NCBI RefSeq assembly: GCF_000011805.1
Contig: NC_006840.2
DNA: 32,000 nt
Source: Aliivibrio fischeri ES114
Lineage (GTDB): Bacteria; Pseudomonadota; Gammaproteobacteria; Enterobacterales; Vibrionaceae
Reading direction: 5' to 3' (one strand)
The notes under the pieces were generated by a model, which was not told the DNA's origin, searched no databases, and saw only the letters and a list, made by a program, of their open reading frames with translations. A program made the position numbers and the translations under genes. Below are positions 9,553 through 18,696 of this stretch, in pieces. Each line of letters opens with the position of its first letter. The stretch's first letter is position 1.

Positions 9553-11346
9553 TTAGCTTTGAATAGTGCCATACAGTGTTTGATACAGTCCTTGCTGTGT
9601 AACTAACTCGTGGTGTGTACCTGATTGAGATACTTTACCATCATCTAAAACATAAATCGTATCGGCTTGTTTCACCGCACTTAAACGGTGAGCTACTATT
9701 AGTGTAGTACGTCCAACTAAAAAGTCACTGAGTGCTTTATGTAAAGCGGCTTCAGTTGCCGTATCTAATGCCGAGGTTGCTTCATCTAAAATTACAAATT
9801 TAGGGTCGGTTAACACCATTCTTGCGATAGCTAAACGTTGTCGTTGTCCACCAGAAAGTTTAACGCCTTGACGACCAATTTGAGTATCAAGTCCTTCTGT
9901 TAATTGTGCTACCACATCTTGTAATTGCGCGACATTAAGAGCTTCCCAAAGTAAATCATCAGAATAATCAGCGCCTAACGTGAGATTATGCCTTAAAGTA
10001 TCATTAAATAGTATAGGTTGTTGTAGCACTACTGATATTTGATTCCTAATATTATCAAACCCAATTTCTTTTGTACTGTGACCATTAAAGGTGATAGTTC
10101 CGTTAGACGGTTGGTATAAACCCAGTAATAGCTGGATAAGTGTTGATTTCCCACCTCCGCTAGCACCAACTAAGGCGACTTTTTCACCAGCTCGAATGTT
10201 CAAAGATAAATCATTTAGGACTTGGCATTCCTCGTTATAACTGAAATTTATATTGTTAATAGATATTTCAGCGGTGCTACTTTTGTAAAAAGGATCGATA
10301 TCTGAATGAATTTTAGGCTCTTCATCAATATGCAGTAATGTATTAATTCGCTTTAAAGCAGCGGATGCACCATACCAAGAGAATTGAATATTAAGTAGTT
10401 CTTGAATAGGAGAGAGCATTACCCATAAGTAGCTAAAAATGGCAAACATTTGACCGATGCTTAAATCACTAAATAGCACCATGATCATTGCAGCCGCACG
10501 AAACAGCTCAAAACCAAGTAAAAATAATAAAAAAGATAGGCGGCCAGCTGCTTCTGATTGCCACGCAAACTGGTCTGCGCTGTGCCTAATGTCATCGGCC
10601 TGATTTTTGAGTTGTTCTAGAAAAAGACGTTCACGATTCGATGCACGTAATTGATAAATACCATCTAAGGTCTCAATTAAACGTGATTGGAAGCGCTCAT
10701 AAGATTGGTTTTCTTTTTTCTTTAAGTCTTTTACACGGTTTCCAAGTTTACGAGAGAAATAAATAACAATTGGATTAACGAGTAAAATGAATAAACCCAG
10801 TTGCCAGTTAATCCATAGTAGAACACCAGCCGTGCCGATAACGGTTAAAAAAGAGACGATAAAACGACTTAGTGTCGGACCAAGGAACTTATCAATGGTA
10901 TCAATGTCAGTAATGATATGAGAGTTAATACCGCCACTGCCGCGTGATTCATACTCTTTCATACTGATACGACTTAGCTTATCTAAGAGTTGCAGTCGAA
11001 TTTGATAAGTGATCGTTTTTGAAACCAAACTAAATTGGCGGCCTTGAATTATATTGAGGATTTGGCTTATTACTCGCATGAGAATGACCAAAACAAGCAC
11101 AAGAAGGATATAACCCGTCGCATTTTGCCAAGCAGTTGGTAAAAGGTGATTTAAGATCTCAACACCTGATGCGGGTTTATGTAGCAAAACTTCATCTACC
11201 ATTAATGGCATAAGTAAAGGAATTGGGACACTAATTAAAGTTGCAATAATAGCGATGACATTTGCTGCAACTAAACGTGTTTTGTAGTTTTTTGCTTGCC
11301 TTAATAGCCAATTCCAGTTAATTGTAGAAGTTATGGTACTGCTCAT
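9553..11346 (-). CDS. ABC exporter, fused permease and ATPase (type IV/MsbA-like architecture)
   Basis: 597 aa; ABC transmembrane domain then Walker A GASGGGKST, signature LSGGQRQR, Walker B FVILDEATSALD; no C39 peptidase domain. Confidence 0.9.
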   Translation of the reverse strand: MSSTITSTINWNWLLRQAKNYKTRLVAANVIAIIATLISVPIPLLMPLMVDEVLLHKPASGVEILNHLLPTAWQNATGYILLVLVLVILMRVISQILNIIQGRQFSLVSKTITYQIRLQLLDKLSRISMKEYESRGSGGINSHIITDIDTIDKFLGPTLSRFIVSFLTVIGTAGVLLWINWQLGLFILLVNPIVIYFSRKLGNRVKDLKKKENQSYERFQSRLIETLDGIYQLRASNRERLFLEQLKNQADDIRHSADQFAWQSEAAGRLSFLLFLLGFELFRAAAMIMVLFSDLSIGQMFAIFSYLWVMLSPIQELLNIQFSWYGASAALKRINTLLHIDEEPKIHSDIDPFYKSSTAEISINNINFSYNEECQVLNDLSLNIRAGEKVALVGASGGGKSTLIQLLLGLYQPSNGTITFNGHSTKEIGFDNIRNQISVVLQQPILFNDTLRHNLTLGADYSDDLLWEALNVAQLQDVVAQLTEGLDTQIGRQGVKLSGGQRQRLAIARMVLTDPKFVILDEATSALDTATEAALHKALSDFLVGRTTLIVAHRLSAVKQADTIYVLDDGKVSQSGTHHELVTQQGLYQTLYGTIQS

Positions 11347-11442
11347 AGTGATAATGATTCCTATTATTATCTTTTCAAGGGCATTGTACTCAGTATAAAT
11401 AGAGTCGCAAGTGATTGGTACAAATACAGGATAAATAAAAAG

Positions 11443-11895
11443 ATGGAATTAAAACATTACGCGCGATTAACACAGCAAGCACTGGGTTTGATTGAAGGTG
11501 AAACTGATTATATTGCAAATTTGGCGAATATCAGTGCACTATTGAATATGGAATTGGATGACATTAATTGGGTAGGTTTTTATCTATTTAAAGAAAATGA
11601 ATTAGTTTTAGGTCCATTTCAAGGTAAGCCCGCTTGTATTCGAATTAGTGTAGGGAAGGGAGTGTGTGGCACAGCCTTCGCTACAAAAACTGTTCAACGT
11701 ATTGACGATGTTCATCAATTTGCTGGTCACATTGCTTGTGATGCAGAAAGTAACTCTGAAATAGTGATTCCATTTTATCGAAACGGAGAACTTGCAGGAG
11801 TGTTGGATATTGATAGTCCAAAATTTAATCGATTTAGCGAAATCGACGAAAAAGGACTGGTTGATTTCATGAAAGAAGCAGAAAAGAGACTTTAA
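11443..11895 (+). CDS. msrC: Free methionine-(R)-sulfoxide reductase, GAF domain
   Basis: 150 aa; INWVGFYLF, ACIRISVGKGVCGTAF, HIACDAESNSEIVIPF, GVLDIDSP motifs. Confidence 0.92.
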   Translation: MELKHYARLTQQALGLIEGETDYIANLANISALLNMELDDINWVGFYLFKENELVLGPFQGKPACIRISVGKGVCGTAFATKTVQRIDDVHQFAGHIACDAESNSEIVIPFYRNGELAGVLDIDSPKFNRFSEIDEKGLVDFMKEAEKRL

Positions 11896-12000
11896 TTTTC
11901 TTTCAGTAGTGGTTTTTCACGCTTAAGTATCTATAATAGCGGAATATCTTTACTAGAAATAAACCTAAATACGGCTAGAACCGTACTATCAGGAAACTAC

Positions 12001-12627
12001 ATGGAAAACTCTGAAAAATTAGCGAACAGCAAAGAAGTAATTGCATACATTGCTGAGCGTTTCCCGAAATGCTTTATTTTAGAAGGCGAAGCTAAACCTC
12101 TTAAAATTGGTATCTTCCAAGATCTTGCTGAACGTTTAAGCGATGATCCTAAAGTAAGTAAAACTCAGCTACGTGCTGGTTTACGTCAATACACATCTTC
12201 TTGGCGTTACCTACACGGTGTTAAGCCGGGCGCATCTCGTGTTGATTTAGATGGTAACCCTTGTGGTGAACTAGAAGAAGAGCACATTGAACACGCTAAA
12301 GCGACTCTAGAAGAGAGCAAAGCAAAAGTTGCTACTCGTCGTAAAGAGCAAGCTAAAAAAGCAAGAGAAGAAGCAAAAGCTAAGAAAACAGCTCGTGCTG
12401 CTACTCCACCTAAGCGTCGTCCTCAACCTGCTGCGAAGAAAGTTGAACAGCCAGTTGAAACTCGTGCTCTAAACGCTGATGAAATTACTGTTGGTAACAA
12501 CGTAAGCGTGAACATGGGTAAAGGTAATATGCCTGCGACAATCGTTGAAATTAACAAGGATGATGTACGAATTCGCTTATCGAACGGCCTACAAATGGTT
12601 GTTAAAGCGGAGAATCTTCGTTCATAA
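12001..12627 (+). CDS. proQ: RNA chaperone ProQ
   Basis: 208 aa; FinO/ProQ domain [22 protein letters not shown], Lys/Ala-rich linker, C-terminal [21 protein letters not shown] domain. Confidence 0.95.
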   Translation: MENSEKLANSKEVIAYIAERFPKCFILEGEAKPLKIGIFQDLAERLSDDPKVSKTQLRAGLRQYTSSWRYLHGVKPGASRVDLDGNPCGELEEEHIEHAKATLEESKAKVATRRKEQAKKAREEAKAKKTARAATPPKRRPQPAAKKVEQPVETRALNADEITVGNNVSVNMGKGNMPATIVEINKDDVRIRLSNGLQMVVKAENLRS

Positions 12628-12644
12628 AGGAGCACTCCCGACGC

Positions 12645-14666
12645 ATGAATTGTCGATTTAGAGTCTCGCTGATTGCTGCTGGCGTTATGCTAGCAGCATC
12701 TGCACACGCACTTGAAGCTAAGGTATTAGACGCCAAGTTTTCCGAAACTGACTTACCAGTATTAGCCGCAGAAACGCAGCATGCCACTGCAAGTAAGCGC
12801 GTTACTTCTCGTTTTACACGTTCTCATTATAAGCATTTCTCATTAGATGATGACTTTTCAGTTGCCATTTATGAGCGATATTTAGATATGCTTGATTATA
12901 ATCGAAACGTGTTTATACAAGCAGACCTTGCTTCGTTCGCCCCATTATCAACTCAATTAGATGACCAATTAAAAGTTGGTGACACCAAAGCCGCTTTTGA
13001 TATTTATAACTTATCTTTAAAACGTCGTTTTGAACGATATGTTTATGCATTGTCATTATTAGATAAAGAATTTGACTACACAGTAGACGAATCTATTGAA
13101 CTTGATCGCTCTGAAGCGGCTTGGCCAAAAGATGAAGCTGAGTTAAATGAACTTTGGCGTAAACGTGTTAAATATGATGCACTTAACTTGTCTATGGCAG
13201 GTAAAGATTGGCCTGAAATCCAAGAGATGTTAGGCAAGCGTTATAATAATGCGCTTAAGCGTTTAACTCAAAGTCACAATGAAGATGCGTTCCAACTTTA
13301 CATTAATGCGTTTGCACGTGAAGTTGATCCTCATACAAGTTATTTATCTCCACGTAATGCAGAACAATTCCAATCAGAAATGAATTTATCATTAGAGGGG
13401 ATTGGTGCTGTGTTACAAGCAACGGATGACTATACTGTTATTCGTTCTCTGGTTGCTGGTGGACCGGCATTAACAAGTAAAAAATTGTCTGAAGGCGACC
13501 GAATTATCGGTGTTGGCCAAGAAGGTGAAAAAATTGTTGATGTTATTGGATGGCGTTTAGATGACGTTGTTCAACTTATTAAAGGACCAAAAGGGACAAA
13601 AGTGAAGCTTGAGATCTTACCTGAAGGTAAGGATTCAAAAAGTCACACTGTCACAATTGTTCGAGATAAGATCCGTTTAGAAGACAGAGCAGTAAAATCT
13701 GAAGTGATTGAACAGAATGGCAAGAAAATTGGTGTACTAGAAGTACCAAGTTTCTATGTTGGTCTTGCTGAAGATACGAAAAAAGAAATTGCTGAGCTAA
13801 AAGAGAAAGATATCTCAGGTATTATTGTTGATTTACGCAATAATGGTGGTGGGGCATTAACCGAAGCAACTGCGTTATCTGGCTTATTTATTACTGCAGG
13901 ACCTGTTGTTCAGGTGCGTGATAGTTATGGTCGAGTTAATGTAAATGCGGATACTGATGGTGAAATTTCATATACTGGCCCAATGACGGTTCTTGTTAAT
14001 CGTTATAGTGCGTCAGCATCTGAGATTTTTGCTGCAGCAATGCAAGATTATGGTCGTGCGGTTATCTTGGGTGAAAACTCATTTGGTAAAGGTACGGTTC
14101 AACAACATAGATCATTAAATCATATCTATGACTTGTTTGATAAACCACTTGGTCATGTTCAATACACAATTCAGAAATTCTACCGTATCAATGGTGGTAG
14201 TACTCAGAATTTAGGTGTTGTGCCTGATATTGCTTTCCCAACAGCTATCGATCCAAAAGATACTGGTGAGAGTGTTGAAGATAACGCACTTCCATGGGAT
14301 AGCATTAAAGCTGCTGATTATGCTAAAACAAATCAAATCGCAGAAACGATTGAACCATTAGCGAAAAAACATGTTGAACGAATCAAAACCGATGAAGAGT
14401 TTGGTTTTATTCAAGAAGACATTGCTCGTTATAAAGCTGAAAAAGACATTACTTCTATTTCATTGAATAAAAAAGTTCGTGAGAAAGAGAGTGATGATGC
14501 AGATGCTCGTCGTCTAACTCGTGTAAATGAGAGACAAAAATTACTTGGAAAAGAAGAGTTTAAAACACTTGATGATATTCCAAAAGATTACGAAGTGCCT
14601 GATGCTTATTTAGATGAAGCGGTTTCAATTACGATTGATTTAGCACTAATGAATCAGAAAAAGTAA
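12645..14666 (+). CDS. prc: Carboxy-terminal processing (tail-specific) protease Prc
   Basis: 673 aa; signal peptide, PDZ, S41 active-site region RYSASASEIFAAAMQDYGRAVILGENSFGKGTVQQ; 17 nt after proQ. Confidence 0.95.
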   Translation: MNCRFRVSLIAAGVMLAASAHALEAKVLDAKFSETDLPVLAAETQHATASKRVTSRFTRSHYKHFSLDDDFSVAIYERYLDMLDYNRNVFIQADLASFAPLSTQLDDQLKVGDTKAAFDIYNLSLKRRFERYVYALSLLDKEFDYTVDESIELDRSEAAWPKDEAELNELWRKRVKYDALNLSMAGKDWPEIQEMLGKRYNNALKRLTQSHNEDAFQLYINAFAREVDPHTSYLSPRNAEQFQSEMNLSLEGIGAVLQATDDYTVIRSLVAGGPALTSKKLSEGDRIIGVGQEGEKIVDVIGWRLDDVVQLIKGPKGTKVKLEILPEGKDSKSHTVTIVRDKIRLEDRAVKSEVIEQNGKKIGVLEVPSFYVGLAEDTKKEIAELKEKDISGIIVDLRNNGGGALTEATALSGLFITAGPVVQVRDSYGRVNVNADTDGEISYTGPMTVLVNRYSASASEIFAAAMQDYGRAVILGENSFGKGTVQQHRSLNHIYDLFDKPLGHVQYTIQKFYRINGGSTQNLGVVPDIAFPTAIDPKDTGESVEDNALPWDSIKAADYAKTNQIAETIEPLAKKHVERIKTDEEFGFIQEDIARYKAEKDITSISLNKKVREKESDDADARRLTRVNERQKLLGKEEFKTLDDIPKDYEVPDAYLDEAVSITIDLALMNQKK

Positions 14667-14686
14667 TCTCAATTTGAATTATTTTA

Positions 14687-14718
14687 AAACAGAAGTCATG
14701 ATGGCTTCTGTTTTTTTA
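14687..14718 (+). terminator. Rho-independent terminator after prc
   Basis: AAACAGAAGTCATGATGGCTTCTGTTTTTTT hairpin plus T-tract. Confidence 0.88.
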
Positions 14719-14795
14719 TGTCTAAAAAACGGCAAATCATTGAATTTACAACTAGGCTTAACATAGTAAGCATTCAATTTACTTGGAGTCTTGAT

Positions 14796-15461
14796 ATGAA
14801 GCCGATGATTTTATCTGTATTACTTTTCTTTATTAGTCCCTTTGTATCTAACGCAACGGTAGAGTTAGAAAATAAATCGCTAACGTATTTTGAAAATCCA
14901 TTTTTATTAGGTGATTGGTACTTCTTTAAACCACCACATATCGAAAATGATTTTGATGTTCTTCATATTCGACTCAATTCTGATCATCAATTTACGATTG
15001 AAATGATAAAAGTAGAAAAGAATACGGCAGATTCGTGGTCGGGAGAGTTTCAGTTATCACCAGAGCGAATTTTGTTTAAAGGCGGTGAAGATGAATCTCA
15101 TGTTTATCACTACCAAGTTAGTCATAACCGATTGTATTTAAATGGTGTTGAATTCTTTAAAGTTGTCCCTGAAACCTACACTGGAGCCTGGCGTTCACAA
15201 CTGGTTTCTGGTGAAGATATCATGGTAAGTGATGTTCAAAATTTAAATCTATTTTTAGGTTCGGATTTTATTTTTTCATTAGAAGTGATTTCGAGTACAG
15301 GTAAACGAAATCAAAAAATTGGTTACTATTACTTTGAAGATGATGACTTGGTTCTTTTATATGATGAAGGGGAGCAGGAATCGACATTTGAAATTAATGA
15401 AAATGCACTAGAGTTAAAAAATGAGCAATTTGGAATGTATGCGCTATTAGTTCGGGATTAA
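14796..15461 (+). CDS. Uncharacterised secreted protein with two similar beta-rich modules; ORF-track start at 14718 is probably too early
   Basis: 221 aa from MKPMILSVLLFFISPFVSNA (signal peptide); GGAG Shine-Dalgarno at ~14785. The 14718 ATG sits in the terminator T-tract. Confidence 0.7.
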   Translation: MKPMILSVLLFFISPFVSNATVELENKSLTYFENPFLLGDWYFFKPPHIENDFDVLHIRLNSDHQFTIEMIKVEKNTADSWSGEFQLSPERILFKGGEDESHVYHYQVSHNRLYLNGVEFFKVVPETYTGAWRSQLVSGEDIMVSDVQNLNLFLGSDFIFSLEVISSTGKRNQKIGYYYFEDDDLVLLYDEGEQESTFEINENALELKNEQFGMYALLVRD

Positions 15462-15598
15462 TGTTACTCCAAGTATAGAAATATGAGACTAGAATATTTT
15501 TTAATAACAAATTTGTTGGATCTTATGCGAGAATGTAGGAGTTAAATAGCTATTATCACTAGCTTTGTTTTCAGTGATAGAAATCATAAGGATATATT

Positions 15599-18202
15599 AT
15601 GAGCCAACAACCTCAGGCTAAATTTCGCAGTGATTATCAATCTCCAGAATTCATAATTTCAGATATCGATTTAGTCTTTGATCTCAATGATACCAACACA
15701 TTAGTTTCGGCCACTTCAAAAGTACAACAATTAAAACAATCTACGGATCTTCTTCTTGAAGGTGAAGGGATGAAGTTGGTGTCTTTAAAAATTGATGATG
15801 TTGAGTACAGTGACTTTACTCAAACAGACACTCAACTAACTATTCATAATGTGAGTGGTGATTTTACATTAACTATCATTACTGAAATTAACCCTCAAGA
15901 AAATACCGCATTAGAAGGTTTGTATAAATCAGGTGATGGATTCTGTACTCAATGTGAAGCAGAAGGTTTCCGTCGAATTACCTATTACTTGGATCGTCCT
16001 GATGTTCTTGCACGTTTCACCACAAAAGTGATTGCAGATAAAGAGGCATACCCACATTTATTAAGTAACGGCAATCGCATTAGCCAAGGTGATCTTGACG
16101 GTGGAAAGCACTTTGTTCACTGGCAAGACCCATTCCCAAAACCGGCTTATCTTTTTGCTTTAGTTGCGGGTAATTTTGATGTATTAACAGATACTTACAA
16201 GACAAAATCTGGCCGTGATGTTGCACTAGAGATTTATGTTGACCAAGGCAACTTAGATAGAACTCCTCATGCAATGACTTCTTTGATTAACTCAATGAAG
16301 TGGGATGAAGAGCGTTTCGATTTGGAGTATGACCTTGATATTTACATGATCGTTGCCGTTGATTTCTTCAACATGGGAGCGATGGAAAACAAAGGCTTAA
16401 ACGTATTTAACTCTAAATTTGTTTTGGCTAAACAAGAAACAGCAACAGATACTGACTATTTAGGTATTGAAGCGGTAATCGGTCACGAATATTTCCATAA
16501 CTGGACTGGTAACCGAGTGACTTGTCGTGACTGGTTCCAATTAAGTTTAAAAGAAGGTTTAACGGTTTTCCGTGATCAAGAGTTCTCATCTGATCTTGGT
16601 TCTCGTTCAGTAAATCGAATTAATAATGTTCGTATTATGCGTGGCCCACAATTTGCTGAAGATGCGAGTCCAATGGCTCACCCAATTCGTCCCGAAAAAG
16701 TGATAGAGATGAATAACTTCTATACTTTAACGGTATACGAAAAGGGCAGTGAAGTGATCCGTATGATGCATACCTTATTAGGTGAAGCGAATTTCCAAAA
16801 AGGAATGAAACTTTATTTTGAACGTCATGATGGTACTGCTGCAACCTGTGAAGATTTTGTATTGGCAATGGAAAATGCATCAGGTATCGATCTGACTCAA
16901 TTCCGTCGTTGGTATAGTCAGTCAGGTACACCGGTATTGACGGTGAGTTCTTCTTATGATGATGCTAAAAATGAATATGCGTTAACGGTAAAACAACATA
17001 CTCCAGCAACAGAAGACCAAACGGATAAATTGCCACTTCATATTCCTTTTGATATTGAGTTATATGCACAAGATGGTTTAGTTATTCAGTTACGCTGTAA
17101 CAATGAAAAGGTCAGCAATGTATTGAATGTAACTGAAGAAGAACAAACCTTTATTTTTGAGCAAGTTTCTGAAAAACCAGTTGTTTCTTTACTTCGTGAG
17201 TTTTCAGCACCTGTTAAATTAAATTACGCTTATTCAGATGAAGAGTTGATTTTCTTAATGGTTCACGCACAAAACGACTTTGCTCGTTGGGATGCTGGCC
17301 AAATGTTATTAGCTAACTATATTCGTAAGAACATCGCTAATATTCAAGACGATAAAGAACTTGTTCTTCCTCAATCTGTCGTTGATGCGTTCCGTGGGGT
17401 ATTACTCAATGCTGAATTGGAACATGCTTTTATTGCGGAAATGTTTGTATTACCAAATCATAATGAAATCACCGGTTGGTTTGATACTGTCGATGTCGAT
17501 GCGATTGATAAAGCGCTTGGATTTATCAAACAAACATTAGCGACAGAATTGAAAGATGAATTTTCTGCTACGTATCATAGTTTAAAACAGGGTAGTTACT
17601 CTGTAGAACATGATGCGATTGGTAAACGAGCTTTACGAAACTGTTCATTAAGTTATCTTGCAAAAACAGAAATTGGTGAAGCGTTAGTTGAGGCACAGTA
17701 TCAAGATGCAGACAACATGACAGATACTATGGCTGCAATGGGTGCCGCGAATGCTGCTGAGCTATCAATTCGTCAAACATTAATGAATGATTTTAGTGCG
17801 AAATGGTCACATGACGGATTAGTTATGGATAAGTGGTTTATTCTTCAAGGATCAAACCCAAGTTCAGAAGCGTTATCAATCATCAAAGAAACAATGAATC
17901 ACAAAGCGTTTAGTTTGAAAAATCCAAACAGAACACGCAGCTTAATTGGTTCATTTGCTGGTGGTAATGCGGTTAACTTCCATAGTAAAACAGGTGAAGG
18001 GTACGCATTCTTAGGGGATATTCTTATTGAAATGAATGAGAGTAACCCACAAGTTGCTTCACGATTGGTTGATCCATTGTTGAAATTTAAGAAATACGAT
18101 AGTGATCGTCAATCGCTTATCAAGGCTCAACTACAGCGCTTAGCGGATCTTGATAACCTAGCTAAAGATCTTTATGAGAAAGTAACGAAAGCATTAGCTT
18201 AA
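15599..18202 (+). CDS. pepN: Aminopeptidase N (M1 metallopeptidase)
   Basis: 867 aa; GAMENKGLN, zinc motif VIGHEYFHNWTGNRVTCRDWFQLSLKEGLTVFRD. Confidence 0.95.
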   Translation: MSQQPQAKFRSDYQSPEFIISDIDLVFDLNDTNTLVSATSKVQQLKQSTDLLLEGEGMKLVSLKIDDVEYSDFTQTDTQLTIHNVSGDFTLTIITEINPQENTALEGLYKSGDGFCTQCEAEGFRRITYYLDRPDVLARFTTKVIADKEAYPHLLSNGNRISQGDLDGGKHFVHWQDPFPKPAYLFALVAGNFDVLTDTYKTKSGRDVALEIYVDQGNLDRTPHAMTSLINSMKWDEERFDLEYDLDIYMIVAVDFFNMGAMENKGLNVFNSKFVLAKQETATDTDYLGIEAVIGHEYFHNWTGNRVTCRDWFQLSLKEGLTVFRDQEFSSDLGSRSVNRINNVRIMRGPQFAEDASPMAHPIRPEKVIEMNNFYTLTVYEKGSEVIRMMHTLLGEANFQKGMKLYFERHDGTAATCEDFVLAMENASGIDLTQFRRWYSQSGTPVLTVSSSYDDAKNEYALTVKQHTPATEDQTDKLPLHIPFDIELYAQDGLVIQLRCNNEKVSNVLNVTEEEQTFIFEQVSEKPVVSLLREFSAPVKLNYAYSDEELIFLMVHAQNDFARWDAGQMLLANYIRKNIANIQDDKELVLPQSVVDAFRGVLLNAELEHAFIAEMFVLPNHNEITGWFDTVDVDAIDKALGFIKQTLATELKDEFSATYHSLKQGSYSVEHDAIGKRALRNCSLSYLAKTEIGEALVEAQYQDADNMTDTMAAMGAANAAELSIRQTLMNDFSAKWSHDGLVMDKWFILQGSNPSSEALSIIKETMNHKAFSLKNPNRTRSLIGSFAGGNAVNFHSKTGEGYAFLGDILIEMNESNPQVASRLVDPLLKFKKYDSDRQSLIKAQLQRLADLDNLAKDLYEKVTKALA

Positions 18203-18223
18203 TTACTCGATCTTAATTCATGA

Positions 18224-18254
18224 AAATGGTCAGTATTTTACTGGCCATTTTTTT
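18224..18254 (+). terminator. Rho-independent terminator after pepN
   Basis: AAATGGTCAGTA-TTT-TACTGGCCATTT (one G.U pair) followed by a T-run. Confidence 0.88.
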
Positions 18255-18313
18255 ATTTAAGATCCAAAATAGAAAAATAAATCACCCATATATCCAATAT
18301 GTAATAGAGAATA

Positions 18314-18538
18314 ATGAACAAATTTTATTACTTTAGAATGAATGTTACTTATCAAGCGTTTTTAAGCCATTATTCTGGTGCAGCAAGCACGGTGTTAGTC
18401 GTAACAGAACAAGGGTTAAAATTACAATTGCCTGCGTCACGTTTTCGTTCGTTTCTGACTCAACTAGGAGTGAAAGGACGCTTCAGATTGACTATAGACC
18501 AAAATAATCGTTTTCTAAATTTAGAGCAAGTAGGATAA
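18314..18538 (+). CDS. DUF2835 family small protein
   Basis: 74 aa; MNKFYYFRMNVTYQAFLSHYSG...LQLPASRFRSFLTQLGVKGRFRLTIDQNNRFLNLE. Confidence 0.8.
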   Translation: MNKFYYFRMNVTYQAFLSHYSGAASTVLVVTEQGLKLQLPASRFRSFLTQLGVKGRFRLTIDQNNRFLNLEQVG

Positions 18539-18696
18539 AGCGCTACCTTAATCACAAATCTAACGATTAAGCTTCTAGCACGCAAAAAAGTCATAACGTT
18601 TCTGCCATATAATCCTTACAATGTAAGGTGCGTGGGCAGTTTCAACTGCTACACTATATAAATAATACTAATCATAAAAAACGGAGCATTCGCTTT

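Noticed and set aside
9553-11346. ABC exporter considered as a bacteriocin/peptide exporter of a biosynthetic cluster
   Set aside because: No C39 peptidase domain, no precursor peptide, no modification enzymes or membrane-fusion protein nearby.
14718-14795. N-terminal extension of the secreted protein in the ORF track
   Set aside because: Its ATG is within the T-tract of the prc terminator; the downstream Met at 14796 has a Shine-Dalgarno and begins a signal peptide.
15554-15579. TATCACT...AGTGATA 7-bp inverted repeat upstream of pepN
   Set aside because: Short stem and 12-nt loop in AT-rich DNA, no T-tract or promoter context; not above the expected background.
16635-16931. 98-aa minus-strand ORF antisense to pepN
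   Set aside because: Shadow of the conserved pepN frame; the peptide resembles no recognisable protein.
18628-18696. N-terminal extension of glutamate dehydrogenase in the ORF track
   Set aside because: Non-conserved-looking sequence with the probable leader inside it; MTTRDPIVPV at 18697 has a good upstream GGAG.
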